DNA of 64,000 nt, taken from positions 1 through 64,000 of the forward strand of contig JAKFBU010000041.1 of NCBI GenBank assembly GCA_036676985.1, in the 5' to 3' direction. Positions within the stretch are counted from its first letter, which is position 1. Every line of letters starts with the position of its first letter. The notes under the pieces were generated by a model. It was not told the origin of the DNA, did no database searches, and was given only the letters and a program-made list of their open reading frames with translations. Origin of the DNA: Candidatus Sericytochromatia bacterium (GTDB taxonomy: Bacteria; Cyanobacteriota; Sericytochromatia; S15B-MN24; UBA4093). The translations under genes were made by a program, and so were the position numbers. This document shows positions 20,267 to 29,766 of this stretch, one piece after another.

Positions 20267-21277
20267 CTATTGCGGGAAGTTGAACACCGGATCCGTGAAG
20301 GGATCCGCATCCTTGGGGTTCGTCGGGAAGGGCGAGTACAGGCTATCATCAGCCGGCAAGATCCCCTTGAGGGTGGGGCTTGCGCTGCTGGTGGCCATGT
20401 CCTTGGCGTCGGTCCCCACGTAGAAGTCATGGGGGTAGGCCGCGGGGTTCGCGATCATCTGGTCGAGGTCGTTCGGGATGAACTTCAGCTGGTGGCCGGT
20501 AGCCGCGGTCTGCATGGCCGCGATCGCCGCGGCGCTGTGATCCGCCAGGAAGTTCGCCGTGATCGCCCAGTTGCCCGTGTCTTCCGGCTTGGTCAGGTTC
20601 TGGATGGCGGCGGCGACCTGCATGGTGAAGCTCGGCGAGGCGGCCGGAGCATCCTGGTGGCGCGCGAACTCCCAGTGGGCCCGCGTCTTTTGCTTGGCGC
20701 CGTTCAGCACCGTGGTGTCGCTCGTGCCGTCGGCCGAGGCGCGCCCGGCATCCAGGTCGTAGGTGGTCGCGAGGACCATGCGCCCGGCGCCCGGATCGGC
20801 CTTCAACGGCCGAAGGACCGCCCGGCCCTTGGTGCGGCTCGTGTAGGCGATGCCCGCGATCTGGGTGCTGCCCGTGGCCGTGGCGCCCTGGCCGATCGAG
20901 ATGACGGCGTGGTCGGGAAACACTTGCAACAGGACGGTGAGCTTGTCGTCCCCCTCGCCGAAGGTGAACGGCCGATCGGGCTTCAGGCCGATCTTGTTCA
21001 CCGCCTCGAGGACGCCGTTGATGATCCGGGTGGAGGTGGTGTAGACCTGCATGTTGCCCGCGATCTGCTGGGCCATGGAGATCGGCGGCCCGCCCTGCGT
21101 CCGGTAGGGAGCCACGGTCGTCAGGGGCGCGACGGTGGTGAGCGTCGCCGGCATCTGCAGGCTGACGGAAGAGGGGATGCCGTAAGGGTTGGGCTTTTCC
21201 GGCCCCGCCGGATTACCCGTGCAGCCGACCACTCCGATGATCAGGAGCCCGACGAGCCCCGGCACTGATCTGTTCAC
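20267..21277 (-). CDS. Hypothetical lipoprotein
   Basis: GTG start after GGGAGG; lipobox VVGC. Confidence 0.65.
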   Translation of the reverse strand: MNRSVPGLVGLLIIGVVGCTGNPAGPEKPNPYGIPSSVSLQMPATLTTVAPLTTVAPYRTQGGPPISMAQQIAGNMQVYTTSTRIINGVLEAVNKIGLKPDRPFTFGEGDDKLTVLLQVFPDHAVISIGQGATATGSTQIAGIAYTSRTKGRAVLRPLKADPGAGRMVLATTYDLDAGRASADGTSDTTVLNGAKQKTRAHWEFARHQDAPAASPSFTMQVAAAIQNLTKPEDTGNWAITANFLADHSAAAIAAMQTAATGHQLKFIPNDLDQMIANPAAYPHDFYVGTDAKDMATSSASPTLKGILPADDSLYSPFPTNPKDADPFTDPVFNFPQ

Positions 21278-21426
21278 GTTTCCTCCCGAACCCCTGTCAA
21301 TCGTCCCGAACGACCGTTCCACGGCCTTCTTACCCTGAGCGACCGCCCATTATGCGACCACCTGGCAGGATTCCCCGTGACCGGTTAAGATGGTGCCGCC
21401 TCGACCGCGTCAAAAGGGGGAAGACC

Positions 21427-21882
21427 TTGCCCAAGCTCGACATCGGCGCCCCTGCCCCGGACTTCCGTCTGCCCTCCCACCTCGGAGGAGAGGTCTCGCT
21501 GTCTCAGTTCCGCGATCGCCAGCACGTCGTCCTCGCGTTCTACCCCAAGGACGACACGCCTGGCTGAACGAACGAGATCACGTCCTTCGGGAAGGACGAA
21601 CCGGAATTCCTCCAGCGCGACACCCAGATCCTGGGCGTGAGCCGGGATGACCTCGAGGCGCACCGCCGCTTCGCCGAGAAGACGGGCGCCAAGTTCCCGC
21701 TCTTGTCGGACGAGAAGGGCGAGGTCGCCAAGCGCTACGGCGGCCAGCTGCCCATCCTGCCCATCACGACCCGCAAGCTGTTCCTCATCGACAAGCGGGG
21801 CATCCTCCGGGCCATCGTGGACGGCATGCCCGACAACGCCACGCTCCTCGCGGAGATCGATCGCCTCAACGCCGAAGGCTAG
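21427..21882 (+). CDS. bcp: Peroxiredoxin (BCP/PrxQ), selenocysteine-containing
   Basis: GAPAPDFRL...FYPKDDTPG-TGA(21565-21567)-TNE...ILGVSRD...FPLLSD...FLIDKRGIL in one frame; TGA is at the peroxidatic Cys position. Confidence 0.88.
21581..21598 (+). promoter_or_regulatory. Bacterial SECIS-like hairpin
   Basis: cgtcctt-cggg-aaggacg; G-containing apical loop begins 20 nt after the UGA. Confidence 0.75.
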
Positions 21883-21897
21883 AACCAGGAGGCCCCC

Positions 21898-22725
21898 ATG
21901 ATCCGTCGACCGTACCGCGCCGCCGCCATCCAGACGAGGAGCACGCCGGACCCCGCCGAGTCCCTCGCCCGCGCCGAGGCCCTCGTGACGCGGGCCGTCG
22001 AGCAGGGAGCGGAGCTCATCGGGCTCCCCGAGAACCTGCCCCAGATCTGCGAGACCCAGGAGCAGGCAGCCTCCCAGGTGCCCGAGACCTACCCCATGGC
22101 CCTGAGCTGGCTCCAGGAACAGGCCCGCAAGCACCGGGTGGTGATCTACGGCGGACTGGTGGCGCCGGGGGCGGGCGATCGCGTCCAGAACCTGCTCGTG
22201 GTCGCCGGTCGCGACGGCGAGATCCTCGCCACCTATCAGAAGCGCCACCTGTTCGACGTCGCCATCGGCGAAAAGCACACCTTCCGGGAGTCCGCCGCGG
22301 TGGAGCCTGGAACCGAGCCAGTGGTGGCGGATCTCGGCGACCTGGGAGTGCTCGGGCTCTCCATCTGCTACGACGTGCGCTTCCCGGAGCATTACCGGGC
22401 CCTGGTGGACATGGGCGCGGACATCCTGGCCGTGCCGGCCGCCTTCCTCACGGTGACGGGGCGCGACCACTGGCATATCTTGTTGCGGGCCCGGGCCATC
22501 GAGAACACATGCTACCTGATGGCCCCCGCCCAGGGCGGTCGCCACAACGCCCGCCGCGAGTCCTACGGCCATGCGCTCGTGATCGATCCGTGGGGCCACG
22601 TGCTCGCCGACACGGGCGAGGAGTCGGGGGTGGCGATCGCCACGATCGACCCCGAGCGCCTGCGCGAGGTCCGCGCGCAGCTGCCGTGCTTGCACCACCG
22701 CCGACCCAACGGCGTCTTGGCCTAA
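21898..22725 (+). CDS. Carbon-nitrogen hydrolase (Nit1/deaminated glutathione amidase-like)
   Basis: LPEN, YQKRHLFD, SICYDVRFPE, RARAIEN, YGHALVIDPWG. Confidence 0.92.
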   Translation: MIRRPYRAAAIQTRSTPDPAESLARAEALVTRAVEQGAELIGLPENLPQICETQEQAASQVPETYPMALSWLQEQARKHRVVIYGGLVAPGAGDRVQNLLVVAGRDGEILATYQKRHLFDVAIGEKHTFRESAAVEPGTEPVVADLGDLGVLGLSICYDVRFPEHYRALVDMGADILAVPAAFLTVTGRDHWHILLRARAIENTCYLMAPAQGGRHNARRESYGHALVIDPWGHVLADTGEESGVAIATIDPERLREVRAQLPCLHHRRPNGVLA

Positions 22726-22846
22726 ACAGCAAGGCATTGTAAACCTTTCTTAAACGAGCGGACGTTCTCTCCCTCACGGGGTATGGAATTTGGGTGGTGG
22801 ATCCCCGCCCGACCCAGCAACGATCCGACTTCTAGAGGGAGGCACC

Positions 22847-24013
22847 TTGCAACGGCGCTTAGGTTATCGAGGAACGGGCACCCTTCGCCTCAACTTGCCC
22901 GATCCGGTCGACGTCCGGCTCGTCATCGAGGCCAAGGGCGTGGGCCGAGACGAACGACTGTACCTCGCCTCCAACCTCAACGGCTGGAACCCCCGCAACG
23001 ATCGCTTCGCCCTGAGGCGGATCGGCGAGGACAAGTTCGAGCTGCGCCAGTTCCTGGCGCCCGGCACCCTCTTCGAGTTCAAGGTCACCCGCGGCGGCTG
23101 GAACCGGGTGGAGGTCGCGGCGGACGGCACGGACCTGCCCAACCACGAGTACCGGATCCACGAGTCCCAGACCATCGAGATCGCGGTCCCGGACTGGCAG
23201 GACCACCACCCGCGCGCACCCAAGCCCCACACGACGGTGGGTGACGTGCGCTCCCTGGGTGAGTTCACGATCCCGGGCCTCAACCGCACCCGCGAGGTCC
23301 TCATCTACCTGCCGCCCGGCTACGAGCACGACACGCACCTGACCTACCCCGTCATGTACATGTGGGACGGCCAGAACCTCTTCGACCAGTCCACGGCCTT
23401 CGCGGGCGAATGGCAGGTCGACGAGATCCTCGAGCGCGAGATCCCCAGAGGGAAGCTGCCGCCCATGATCGTGGTCGCGATCTACAACGGGGGCGAGTAC
23501 CGGCTGCGCGAACAGGCTCCCTGGCCCTACGTCCACCATGACGAACCGGCCGAGGGCGCGGAGTTCGTCGCCTGGGTGGCCCACGACCTCAAGAAGCGTA
23601 TCGATCGCGGCTTCCGGACCAAACCCGCGCCCGAGCACACGGGGGTGGGCGGCTCGTCCATGGGCGGGCTCACGTCGCTATACGCCGGTTTCCGGTATCC
23701 CGAGGTCTTCGGCCGGGTGATGGCCATGTCGCCGGCCATCTGGTTCGGCGAACGGCAGATCTTCAACTTCATCCGCAAGCAAGGCAAGGCCGCCGGCTCC
23801 AAGGTCTACCTGGACTGCGGCCACTACGAGGGCGCGCGCCGCTCGCAGCACGCGTTCCTGCGCCAGAGCCAGCAGATGGCCTATTTGCTGCGCGAGATCG
23901 GCTACACCGAGGGCACCGACCTGCTGTGGGTCGAGGACCGGCGTGGCCAGCACAGCGAGGCCGACTGGGCGCGGCGCCTTCCGGACGCCTTCAAATTCCT
24001 GTTCGGGACGTGA
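22847..24013 (+). CDS. Alpha/beta-hydrolase esterase with N-terminal CBM20/CBM48-like domain
   Basis: FEFKVTRGGW, YLPPGYE, DGQNLFD, GSSMGG, HSEADW; start chosen by the GGGAGG RBS. Confidence 0.82.
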   Translation: MQRRLGYRGTGTLRLNLPDPVDVRLVIEAKGVGRDERLYLASNLNGWNPRNDRFALRRIGEDKFELRQFLAPGTLFEFKVTRGGWNRVEVAADGTDLPNHEYRIHESQTIEIAVPDWQDHHPRAPKPHTTVGDVRSLGEFTIPGLNRTREVLIYLPPGYEHDTHLTYPVMYMWDGQNLFDQSTAFAGEWQVDEILEREIPRGKLPPMIVVAIYNGGEYRLREQAPWPYVHHDEPAEGAEFVAWVAHDLKKRIDRGFRTKPAPEHTGVGGSSMGGLTSLYAGFRYPEVFGRVMAMSPAIWFGERQIFNFIRKQGKAAGSKVYLDCGHYEGARRSQHAFLRQSQQMAYLLREIGYTEGTDLLWVEDRRGQHSEADWARRLPDAFKFLFGT

Positions 24014-24063
24014 TACGCTGAGCGGTTGCGGATAGCTCAGGATACGGGATCGCGCCCCGTTGG

Positions 24064-25116
24064 ATGATCATGCTCACGATCGGAAAGCTTCAACTCCATA
24101 GCCGCGCCATGCTGGCCCCCATGGCCGGGGTGTGCGACAGCCCGTTCAAGCGGGTGGTCCGCCGCTTCGACCCGCACAGCCTGCTCTCCACCGAGATCGT
24201 CAACAGCGACGCCCTCTTGTCGGGCGATCGCGAGATGCGCGACCGGATCCGGCTGCACCCCGAAGAGTCGCCCGCGGCGCTCCAGATCGCGGGCCATGAC
24301 CCGGGGGCCCTCGCCCGCGCCGCCGAGGTCGCCCAGGAGGCCGGGGCGGACCTCATCGACATCAACTGCGGCTGCCCCAGCCCGCAGCTGGTCAAGAGCG
24401 GGAACGGCGCCGCCCTCCTCAAGGATCCCGCCAAGTTGGCCCCCCTCTACGAGGCCGTCCGCCGAGTCACGCGGGTGCCCATGACCGTCAAGATGCGGCT
24501 CGGCTGGGACACGGACCGCCTGACGGTGTTCGAGGCGGCCCGCATCGCCCAGGAGTGCGGCGCGGACGCCGTCTGGATCCATGGCCGCACGGCGGTGCAG
24601 CAGTACCGCGGCGAGGCCGACTGGGACCTGATCGGCCAGGTCAAGGAGGCCCTCGCCATCCCCGTCATCGGGAACGGCGACATCTTCTCGCCCGAGGATG
24701 CCAAGGAGCGCATGGAGCGCTCGGGCGTGGACGCCGTGGCCGTCGGGCGCGGCGCCATGGGCAACCCCTGGATCTTCGGTCGCATCGACCACTACCTGAA
24801 AACGGGCGAGCTCCTGCCCGAGCCCACGCTCCTCGAGCGCATCGAGACGCTGCGCCTGCAGTGCCGTTACCTGGTCGAGGACATCGGCGAGCACCGGGGC
24901 GTCCTCGAGAGCCGCAAGCACGTGGGCTGGTACACCAAAGGGCTCCCGGAGACGGCCACCCTGCGCCAGGCGGTTAACGCCGCTCCCTCCCTCGCGGCCC
25001 TCGAGGAGGCCCTCGACCGGTATCTCGCCGCCCAACCAGACGTAACGCTCTTGCCCAGGGCGGAGTGGACGGGAAAGTTAATCGATCCGAAGTGGCAACG
25101 CTACGCAGCGCCCTAA
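24064..25116 (+). CDS. dusB: tRNA-dihydrouridine synthase DusB (paralog 2)
   Basis: LAPMAG, DINCGCP, VKMRLG, IHGRT, IGNGDI, GRGAMGNPW. Confidence 0.9.
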   Translation: MIMLTIGKLQLHSRAMLAPMAGVCDSPFKRVVRRFDPHSLLSTEIVNSDALLSGDREMRDRIRLHPEESPAALQIAGHDPGALARAAEVAQEAGADLIDINCGCPSPQLVKSGNGAALLKDPAKLAPLYEAVRRVTRVPMTVKMRLGWDTDRLTVFEAARIAQECGADAVWIHGRTAVQQYRGEADWDLIGQVKEALAIPVIGNGDIFSPEDAKERMERSGVDAVAVGRGAMGNPWIFGRIDHYLKTGELLPEPTLLERIETLRLQCRYLVEDIGEHRGVLESRKHVGWYTKGLPETATLRQAVNAAPSLAALEEALDRYLAAQPDVTLLPRAEWTGKLIDPKWQRYAAP

Positions 25117-25174
25117 TAGAATGAAGGACGGCTGGGAATAGTATCCACGCACCCATGATCTGAAAGGGGAGATC

Positions 25175-25801
25175 GTGCGCGCCCTGCTTTCGCGCCAACT
25201 GATGGCCCTTGCGGCCGGCCTGACCCTGACCACCACCTGGCTCTGGGGGGGCGCGGCGCAAGCCGAGGATACCTTCGGCTCCTTGACCGACGAGGACCAA
25301 GCGCGCATCGATCGCGGCGAGATCGTCGTGCGCGTCGAGCGCACCAGCAACCCGCTCAAGAGCTTCATGGCCGTCGGCCTGGTCGAGGCGTCCGCCGCCA
25401 AGGTCTTCAAGGCCTACACCGACTTCGAGCGCTATCCGGAGATCTTCAACGTCAAGGACTCCAAGGTCACGCGCAAGGACGACTTCACCTACAACGTCCG
25501 GGCCATCCTGATGGTGCCCTGGCCCATCGGGGAGCGCTGGGTCACCAACGAGACGCGGCTCACGTCGAGCACCTACTCCTTCGTCTACAAGCGCGCCGAG
25601 GGCTCCATCCTCGAGTACACGGGCAGCCTCAAGGTCGTGCCCAAGGGCCCGAACCTGAGCCAGGTCTACTACGTGGCCAAGGTGGACCCGGGCATCCCCC
25701 TGATGCCCACGTGGCTCCTCAATCGCTTCCAGGAGGGCATGCTCCCGAGCTCCATCCAGGCCGTCCGCGACTACCTCAAGCGCAACCAGGACCGGTATTG
25801 A
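25175..25801 (+). CDS. Exported SRPBCC/START-fold protein
   Basis: Signal peptide; TDFERYPEIF and DPGIPLMPTWL patterns. Confidence 0.7.
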   Translation: MRALLSRQLMALAAGLTLTTTWLWGGAAQAEDTFGSLTDEDQARIDRGEIVVRVERTSNPLKSFMAVGLVEASAAKVFKAYTDFERYPEIFNVKDSKVTRKDDFTYNVRAILMVPWPIGERWVTNETRLTSSTYSFVYKRAEGSILEYTGSLKVVPKGPNLSQVYYVAKVDPGIPLMPTWLLNRFQEGMLPSSIQAVRDYLKRNQDRY

Positions 25802-26295
25802 TGCCCTATTGCCCCATCCTGGCCACGCTCGCCTACCTCATGGCCCCGGACGGCCGCTCGGCCCTCCTGATCCACCGCAACACCCGCCCCGACGACCTGC
25901 ATTACGGCAAGTACAACGGTCTCGGCGGCAAGCTCGATCCGGGCGAGTCCGTGCTCGCGGGGCTCAAGCGCGAGCTCTTCGAGGAGGCCGGGGTCGAGGT
26001 CACGGGTGCGACCATGCGCGGGACCATCAGCTGGCCCGGTTTCGGCAAGCGTGGCGAGGACTGGTTCGGTTTCATCTTCCGGGTGGACGGCTGGACGGGC
26101 ACGCCTCTCGATCGCAACCCCGAGGGCACCCTCGAATGGGTCTCCGTGGAGCGCCTACTTTCGGGCGAGCTCAACTTGTGGGAGGGCGATCGCCACTTCC
26201 TGCCCCTGGTCTTCGACGCGGACCCGCGCGCGTTTCACGGCGTGATGCCCTACCGGGACGGCCGGCCCCTGAGCTGGGACGTCGAGCGGGCCTAA
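25801..26295 (+). CDS. NUDIX hydrolase (MutT/8-oxo-dGTPase-like)
   Basis: GGKLDPGESVLAGLKRELFEEAG Nudix box; TGATG coupling with the upstream gene. Confidence 0.9.
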   Translation: MPYCPILATLAYLMAPDGRSALLIHRNTRPDDLHYGKYNGLGGKLDPGESVLAGLKRELFEEAGVEVTGATMRGTISWPGFGKRGEDWFGFIFRVDGWTGTPLDRNPEGTLEWVSVERLLSGELNLWEGDRHFLPLVFDADPRAFHGVMPYRDGRPLSWDVERA

Positions 26296-26330
26296 AAAAA
26301 GCGCAGGGGCCGTCTTTCGACGGCCCCTGC
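26294..26330 (-). terminator. Rho-independent terminator of hup
   Basis: 12-bp stem gcaggggccgtc/gacggcccctgc plus a T7 tract on the minus strand. Confidence 0.8.
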
Positions 26331-26347
26331 AGCATTGAAGCGAAAGC

Positions 26348-26623
26348 TTACTTCGAAACGGCGTCCTTGACGGCCTTGCCGGCGGTCCAGACCGGAGCCT
26401 TCTTGGCTTCGATGTTGATGACCTCGCCGGTCTGGGGGTTGCGGCCCTGACGGGCGGCGCGCTCGCGCACCTCGAAGGTGCCGAAGCCGATCAGGGTGAC
26501 CTTGTCGCCCTTCGAGAGGGCGGTCGTGATGGCCTTGAGGGCGGAGTTGAGCGCCTGCTCGGCGGCGGCCTTGTTCAGGTTCGCATCCTTGGCGATGGCG
26601 TTGACGAGTTCTTCTTTGTTCAT
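26348..26623 (-). CDS. hup: DNA-binding protein HU
   Basis: MNKEELV...GFGTFEVRERAARQGRNPQTGE. Confidence 0.96.
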   Translation of the reverse strand: MNKEELVNAIAKDANLNKAAAEQALNSALKAITTALSKGDKVTLIGFGTFEVRERAARQGRNPQTGEVINIEAKKAPVWTAGKAVKDAVSK

Positions 26624-26712
26624 GAGGCTCTCCATTGATGATGACAGGGTTCGCAAGTTTGTTCTAACACCGGCCCTTGCCGAGCAATGTGACCGATGCA
26701 CAAGTCCCCAGG

Positions 26713-27543
26713 TTAGCGGGCCTGGAAGTTCCCCACCGCCGACACGAACTCCGGCCGGTCGATGTAGGGGTTCCGGTTGCCCTGGACCATGAAGACCGCA
26801 TCGTTGCGCGCCCGCTCCGCTTCGTCGACGGGATCCTGCGCGTGCCACTTCATCAGCACCGGCAGTTCCACGTTGAAGTTCTCGAGCGACGCACCCGACT
26901 GGTTGATAGCATAGCAGGTATAGAAGTAGAGGAGGGCCCGGGCCACGTTTCCTTTTTCGCGGTTCCGCGGCTCGAACACCGTCTGCCCCTGGCTGTTGGT
27001 GCCGAGACGGCTCACCTCACCCGACCCTGCGAAGTCCTCGCCGGACCACTGGATGCTCGCGACCTCGCCGAACGGGAAGCTGCTGCGGCGGCTGTTGATG
27101 CCGGCCTCGGAGGGGAAGAGGTGGTGCAGGTCGGCCTTGGCGGCGCCGACGGCCCCCTTGCTCTGGGGCCAGGTGTGCTCCGCGTTCAAGTTGCCGCGGT
27201 CCATGGCCGTGCCGCGGTTGAAGACCCCTTCCGCCCGCTTGCCGTCGTAGACGCCGACCACCACGTCGTCCTGGTCCAGGTCGTCCACCTCGGCGAACAT
27301 CACGTCGCGGGCCCGGTCGTAGCCGAGATCCGTGTGGCGGGCGACGATGCCCGAGAGGGTCCGCAAAAGGGCCGCGCCCTTCTGGCCCTCGGCCTTGGCA
27401 TAGTAGCCGGCGGGCGCCTCATGGGCGCTCACGCGGGTCAGCCGGGACTTCGGCTGGACGGATAGGCCGCTCGGGGCTACACACCCCGCCAACAGGCCCG
27501 AAAGGACGACCACGCAGAGGACGGTTTGCTTCAACACGCTCAT
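26713..27543 (-). CDS. Endonuclease I family extracellular nuclease, lipoprotein
   Basis: Lipobox LAGC; NAEHTWPQS, DLHHLFP, KGNVARALLY, QGNRNPYID. Confidence 0.9.
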   Translation of the reverse strand: MSVLKQTVLCVVVLSGLLAGCVAPSGLSVQPKSRLTRVSAHEAPAGYYAKAEGQKGAALLRTLSGIVARHTDLGYDRARDVMFAEVDDLDQDDVVVGVYDGKRAEGVFNRGTAMDRGNLNAEHTWPQSKGAVGAAKADLHHLFPSEAGINSRRSSFPFGEVASIQWSGEDFAGSGEVSRLGTNSQGQTVFEPRNREKGNVARALLYFYTCYAINQSGASLENFNVELPVLMKWHAQDPVDEAERARNDAVFMVQGNRNPYIDRPEFVSAVGNFQAR

Positions 27544-27826
27544 GCTCCTCATCATCGAGGGGGTGCCACTGTCTTAACCTAACCATAACACAACCTTTCG
27601 GGGCATGTTAACTTGTTAGCGACCCGTTCGCGCCGTTTGACCCCCGCCTGGGGGTTTGAAAACTTTTTTTCGTACTACTCATCGTTACGAAGTCATTAAC
27701 CTGACATAGGCTGCGACGGGCCGCAAAGCGTGATAGAGTGCGCCTTTCGACCCATCGATCCGATCGACGGAACCCTCCGGCCTCCCGGCTCGTCCAAGAG
27801 GTGGCAGGGTTCACGAGGAGAAGCGC

Positions 27827-28315
27827 ATGACCCGATTGATTCCCCTGATGCTCGCGCTGGCCGTCCCGGTGCTGGCGGCCGGTTGCGACGCGGCGAACTT
27901 CCTGGCCGAGCGACAGGCCATCACGCGCGCCTCGTTCGAGTTCGGCCGCGCCGAGCTGAAGGGCGCCGACGTCCCGTTCGTCAGCCCGGATGCCGGAGCG
28001 GACCTGGACATCGTCCTCAAGGTCACCAACCCCAACCCCATCACCGCGCGCCTGGATCGCCTGGACTACCAGGTCTTCCTCGAGGGCGGCCAGGTCGGGA
28101 CGGGCAGCATGACCCAGGACTTCGCGGTCGCGGCCGGCGCCAGCAAGGAGCTGGTCCTGCCGGTGCACATCCCCTACCAGGGGCTGCCGGAGGCCGGTCT
28201 CAAGGCCATCCAAGCCCGCCGGGCGGCCATGCGCGTGGCCGGGACGAGCCACCTGTCGACCCCGCTCGGGGCGCTCTCCTATCCCGTCGAGGTCAGCCAC
28301 ACGACCACGTTCTAG
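27827..28315 (+). CDS. LEA type 2 (WHy) lipoprotein
   Basis: Lipobox AAGC; VTNPNP motif. Confidence 0.82.
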   Translation: MTRLIPLMLALAVPVLAAGCDAANFLAERQAITRASFEFGRAELKGADVPFVSPDAGADLDIVLKVTNPNPITARLDRLDYQVFLEGGQVGTGSMTQDFAVAAGASKELVLPVHIPYQGLPEAGLKAIQARRAAMRVAGTSHLSTPLGALSYPVEVSHTTTF

Positions 28316-28551
28316 GGGCGTCGCGGGCCGCGGAGAGCCTTTCCACGCCCCGGCGTCATATTTCTTCCAAAAAAGTAACCATGAGTCCCGGCGGGCCGCA
28401 AAAGTAGGCGATTAAGGGATCCGCAGGCCGTCAGCGGATCGCCGCCCCCAGGGATCGCCGGCCGGCTTGACATAGCGCCCTAGCCATCGGGTATGTTGCC
28501 GTAGGATACTCAGGCATCTGTTCGGTCTCCGGTTTGGCGAAAAGGGTGCCC

Positions 28552-29664
28552 ATGACGGAAAAGGCTCCTGGATCTTGTACGCGCTGCGAGCTGCCCCCCA
28601 AGCGGGTGGTGGGCGCAGGCGGGCTGTACTTGTGGTTCCCCCTGGCACACCTTTTCGAGAAGGCCCAGGGGCATCTTCGGCAAGTCGGCAGCGAACACCG
28701 GGTCCTGGTGGCGGAGCAGTGCATGCTGCTGTGCACGCTCGACGGGGAGCTCTCGGCGGCCATGGAAGGCCTCGGCGGCCTCTTGACCCTCGAGGAGCAG
28801 AAGGACACCCAGGTGCTCTTCATGCGCGACCAGGCGACGCCCACCCTGGCGGACTACGGGCGCGTCACCTCCCTGTTCCAGTTCATCACGGTGGTCCGCT
28901 CGGGCTGGCTCATCGACATGCTCGAGGCCCAGCGCCTCACCAGCCACTTCCAGCCCATCGTCCACACGGCGGACACCTCCCGCATCTATGCGCATGAGGC
29001 CCTGATGCGGGGCCTCGAGCCGGACGGCAGCATGGTCTTCCCGCTCAAGATCCTGAACCTCGCCCGCGACGCCGGCATGTTGAGCCAGCTGGACCTGCTC
29101 GCGCGGCTCACGGCCATTCGCCAGGCCCACCAGCACGGCATCCCGCAGCGAGTGTTCATCAACTTCAACCCGGCGGCGGTCTACGATCCGGCCCACTGCC
29201 TGCGCTCCACCATCCAGGCCATCGACGAGGCGGGCATCCCGCACGAGCACATCGTCTTCGAGATCGTGGAGTCCGACCACACCCAGGACCTCAACCACCT
29301 CAAGGCCATCCTGGCCTTCCTGCGCCAGGAAGGGTTCAACGTGGCCCTCGACGACCTGGGGGCGGGCTACTCGTCGCTCAACTTGCTGCACCAGCTGCGG
29401 CCGGACTTCGTCAAGCTCGACATGGAGCTCGTCCGCAACGTCCACCAGGACCCCTACAAGGGGCTCATCACCCGGAAGATCCTCGAGATCGCCCAGCACC
29501 TGGACATCAAGACGGTCGCCGAGGGCGTCGAGTACGCCGAGGAGCTCGCGTGGCTGCGCGAGCACGGCGCGGACTTCGTGCAGGGCTACTTGATCGCCAA
29601 GCCCACCACCCCGCCCGTCCTCCAGACGCCCGCCATCGGCATGCGGGCCCAGGACCTGGTTTAG
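28552..29664 (+). CDS. EAL-domain c-di-GMP phosphodiesterase
   Basis: FQPIV, EALMR, INF, FEIVES, LDDLGAGYSS, KLD, AEGVE, QGY. Confidence 0.92.
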   Translation: MTEKAPGSCTRCELPPKRVVGAGGLYLWFPLAHLFEKAQGHLRQVGSEHRVLVAEQCMLLCTLDGELSAAMEGLGGLLTLEEQKDTQVLFMRDQATPTLADYGRVTSLFQFITVVRSGWLIDMLEAQRLTSHFQPIVHTADTSRIYAHEALMRGLEPDGSMVFPLKILNLARDAGMLSQLDLLARLTAIRQAHQHGIPQRVFINFNPAAVYDPAHCLRSTIQAIDEAGIPHEHIVFEIVESDHTQDLNHLKAILAFLRQEGFNVALDDLGAGYSSLNLLHQLRPDFVKLDMELVRNVHQDPYKGLITRKILEIAQHLDIKTVAEGVEYAEELAWLREHGADFVQGYLIAKPTTPPVLQTPAIGMRAQDLV

Positions 29665-29766
29665 CAGGCTCCAAGCCCCGTCCTGGCAGGACTCCAGGCG
29701 CTTGACCAATCGCCGTGGGCTGAGGATACTGGTTCTTCTTGCCCCCTGCGCGATTCTGGAGCCACG

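Noticed and set aside
21352-21882. Peroxiredoxin as a pseudogene or two small ORFs
   Set aside because: The stop is TGA exactly at the catalytic position with a SECIS-like hairpin, and both halves are intact
27770-27812. gaaccct...agggttc stem before the LEA gene as a riboswitch
   Set aside because: Only a 7-bp stem with no recognisable aptamer consensus
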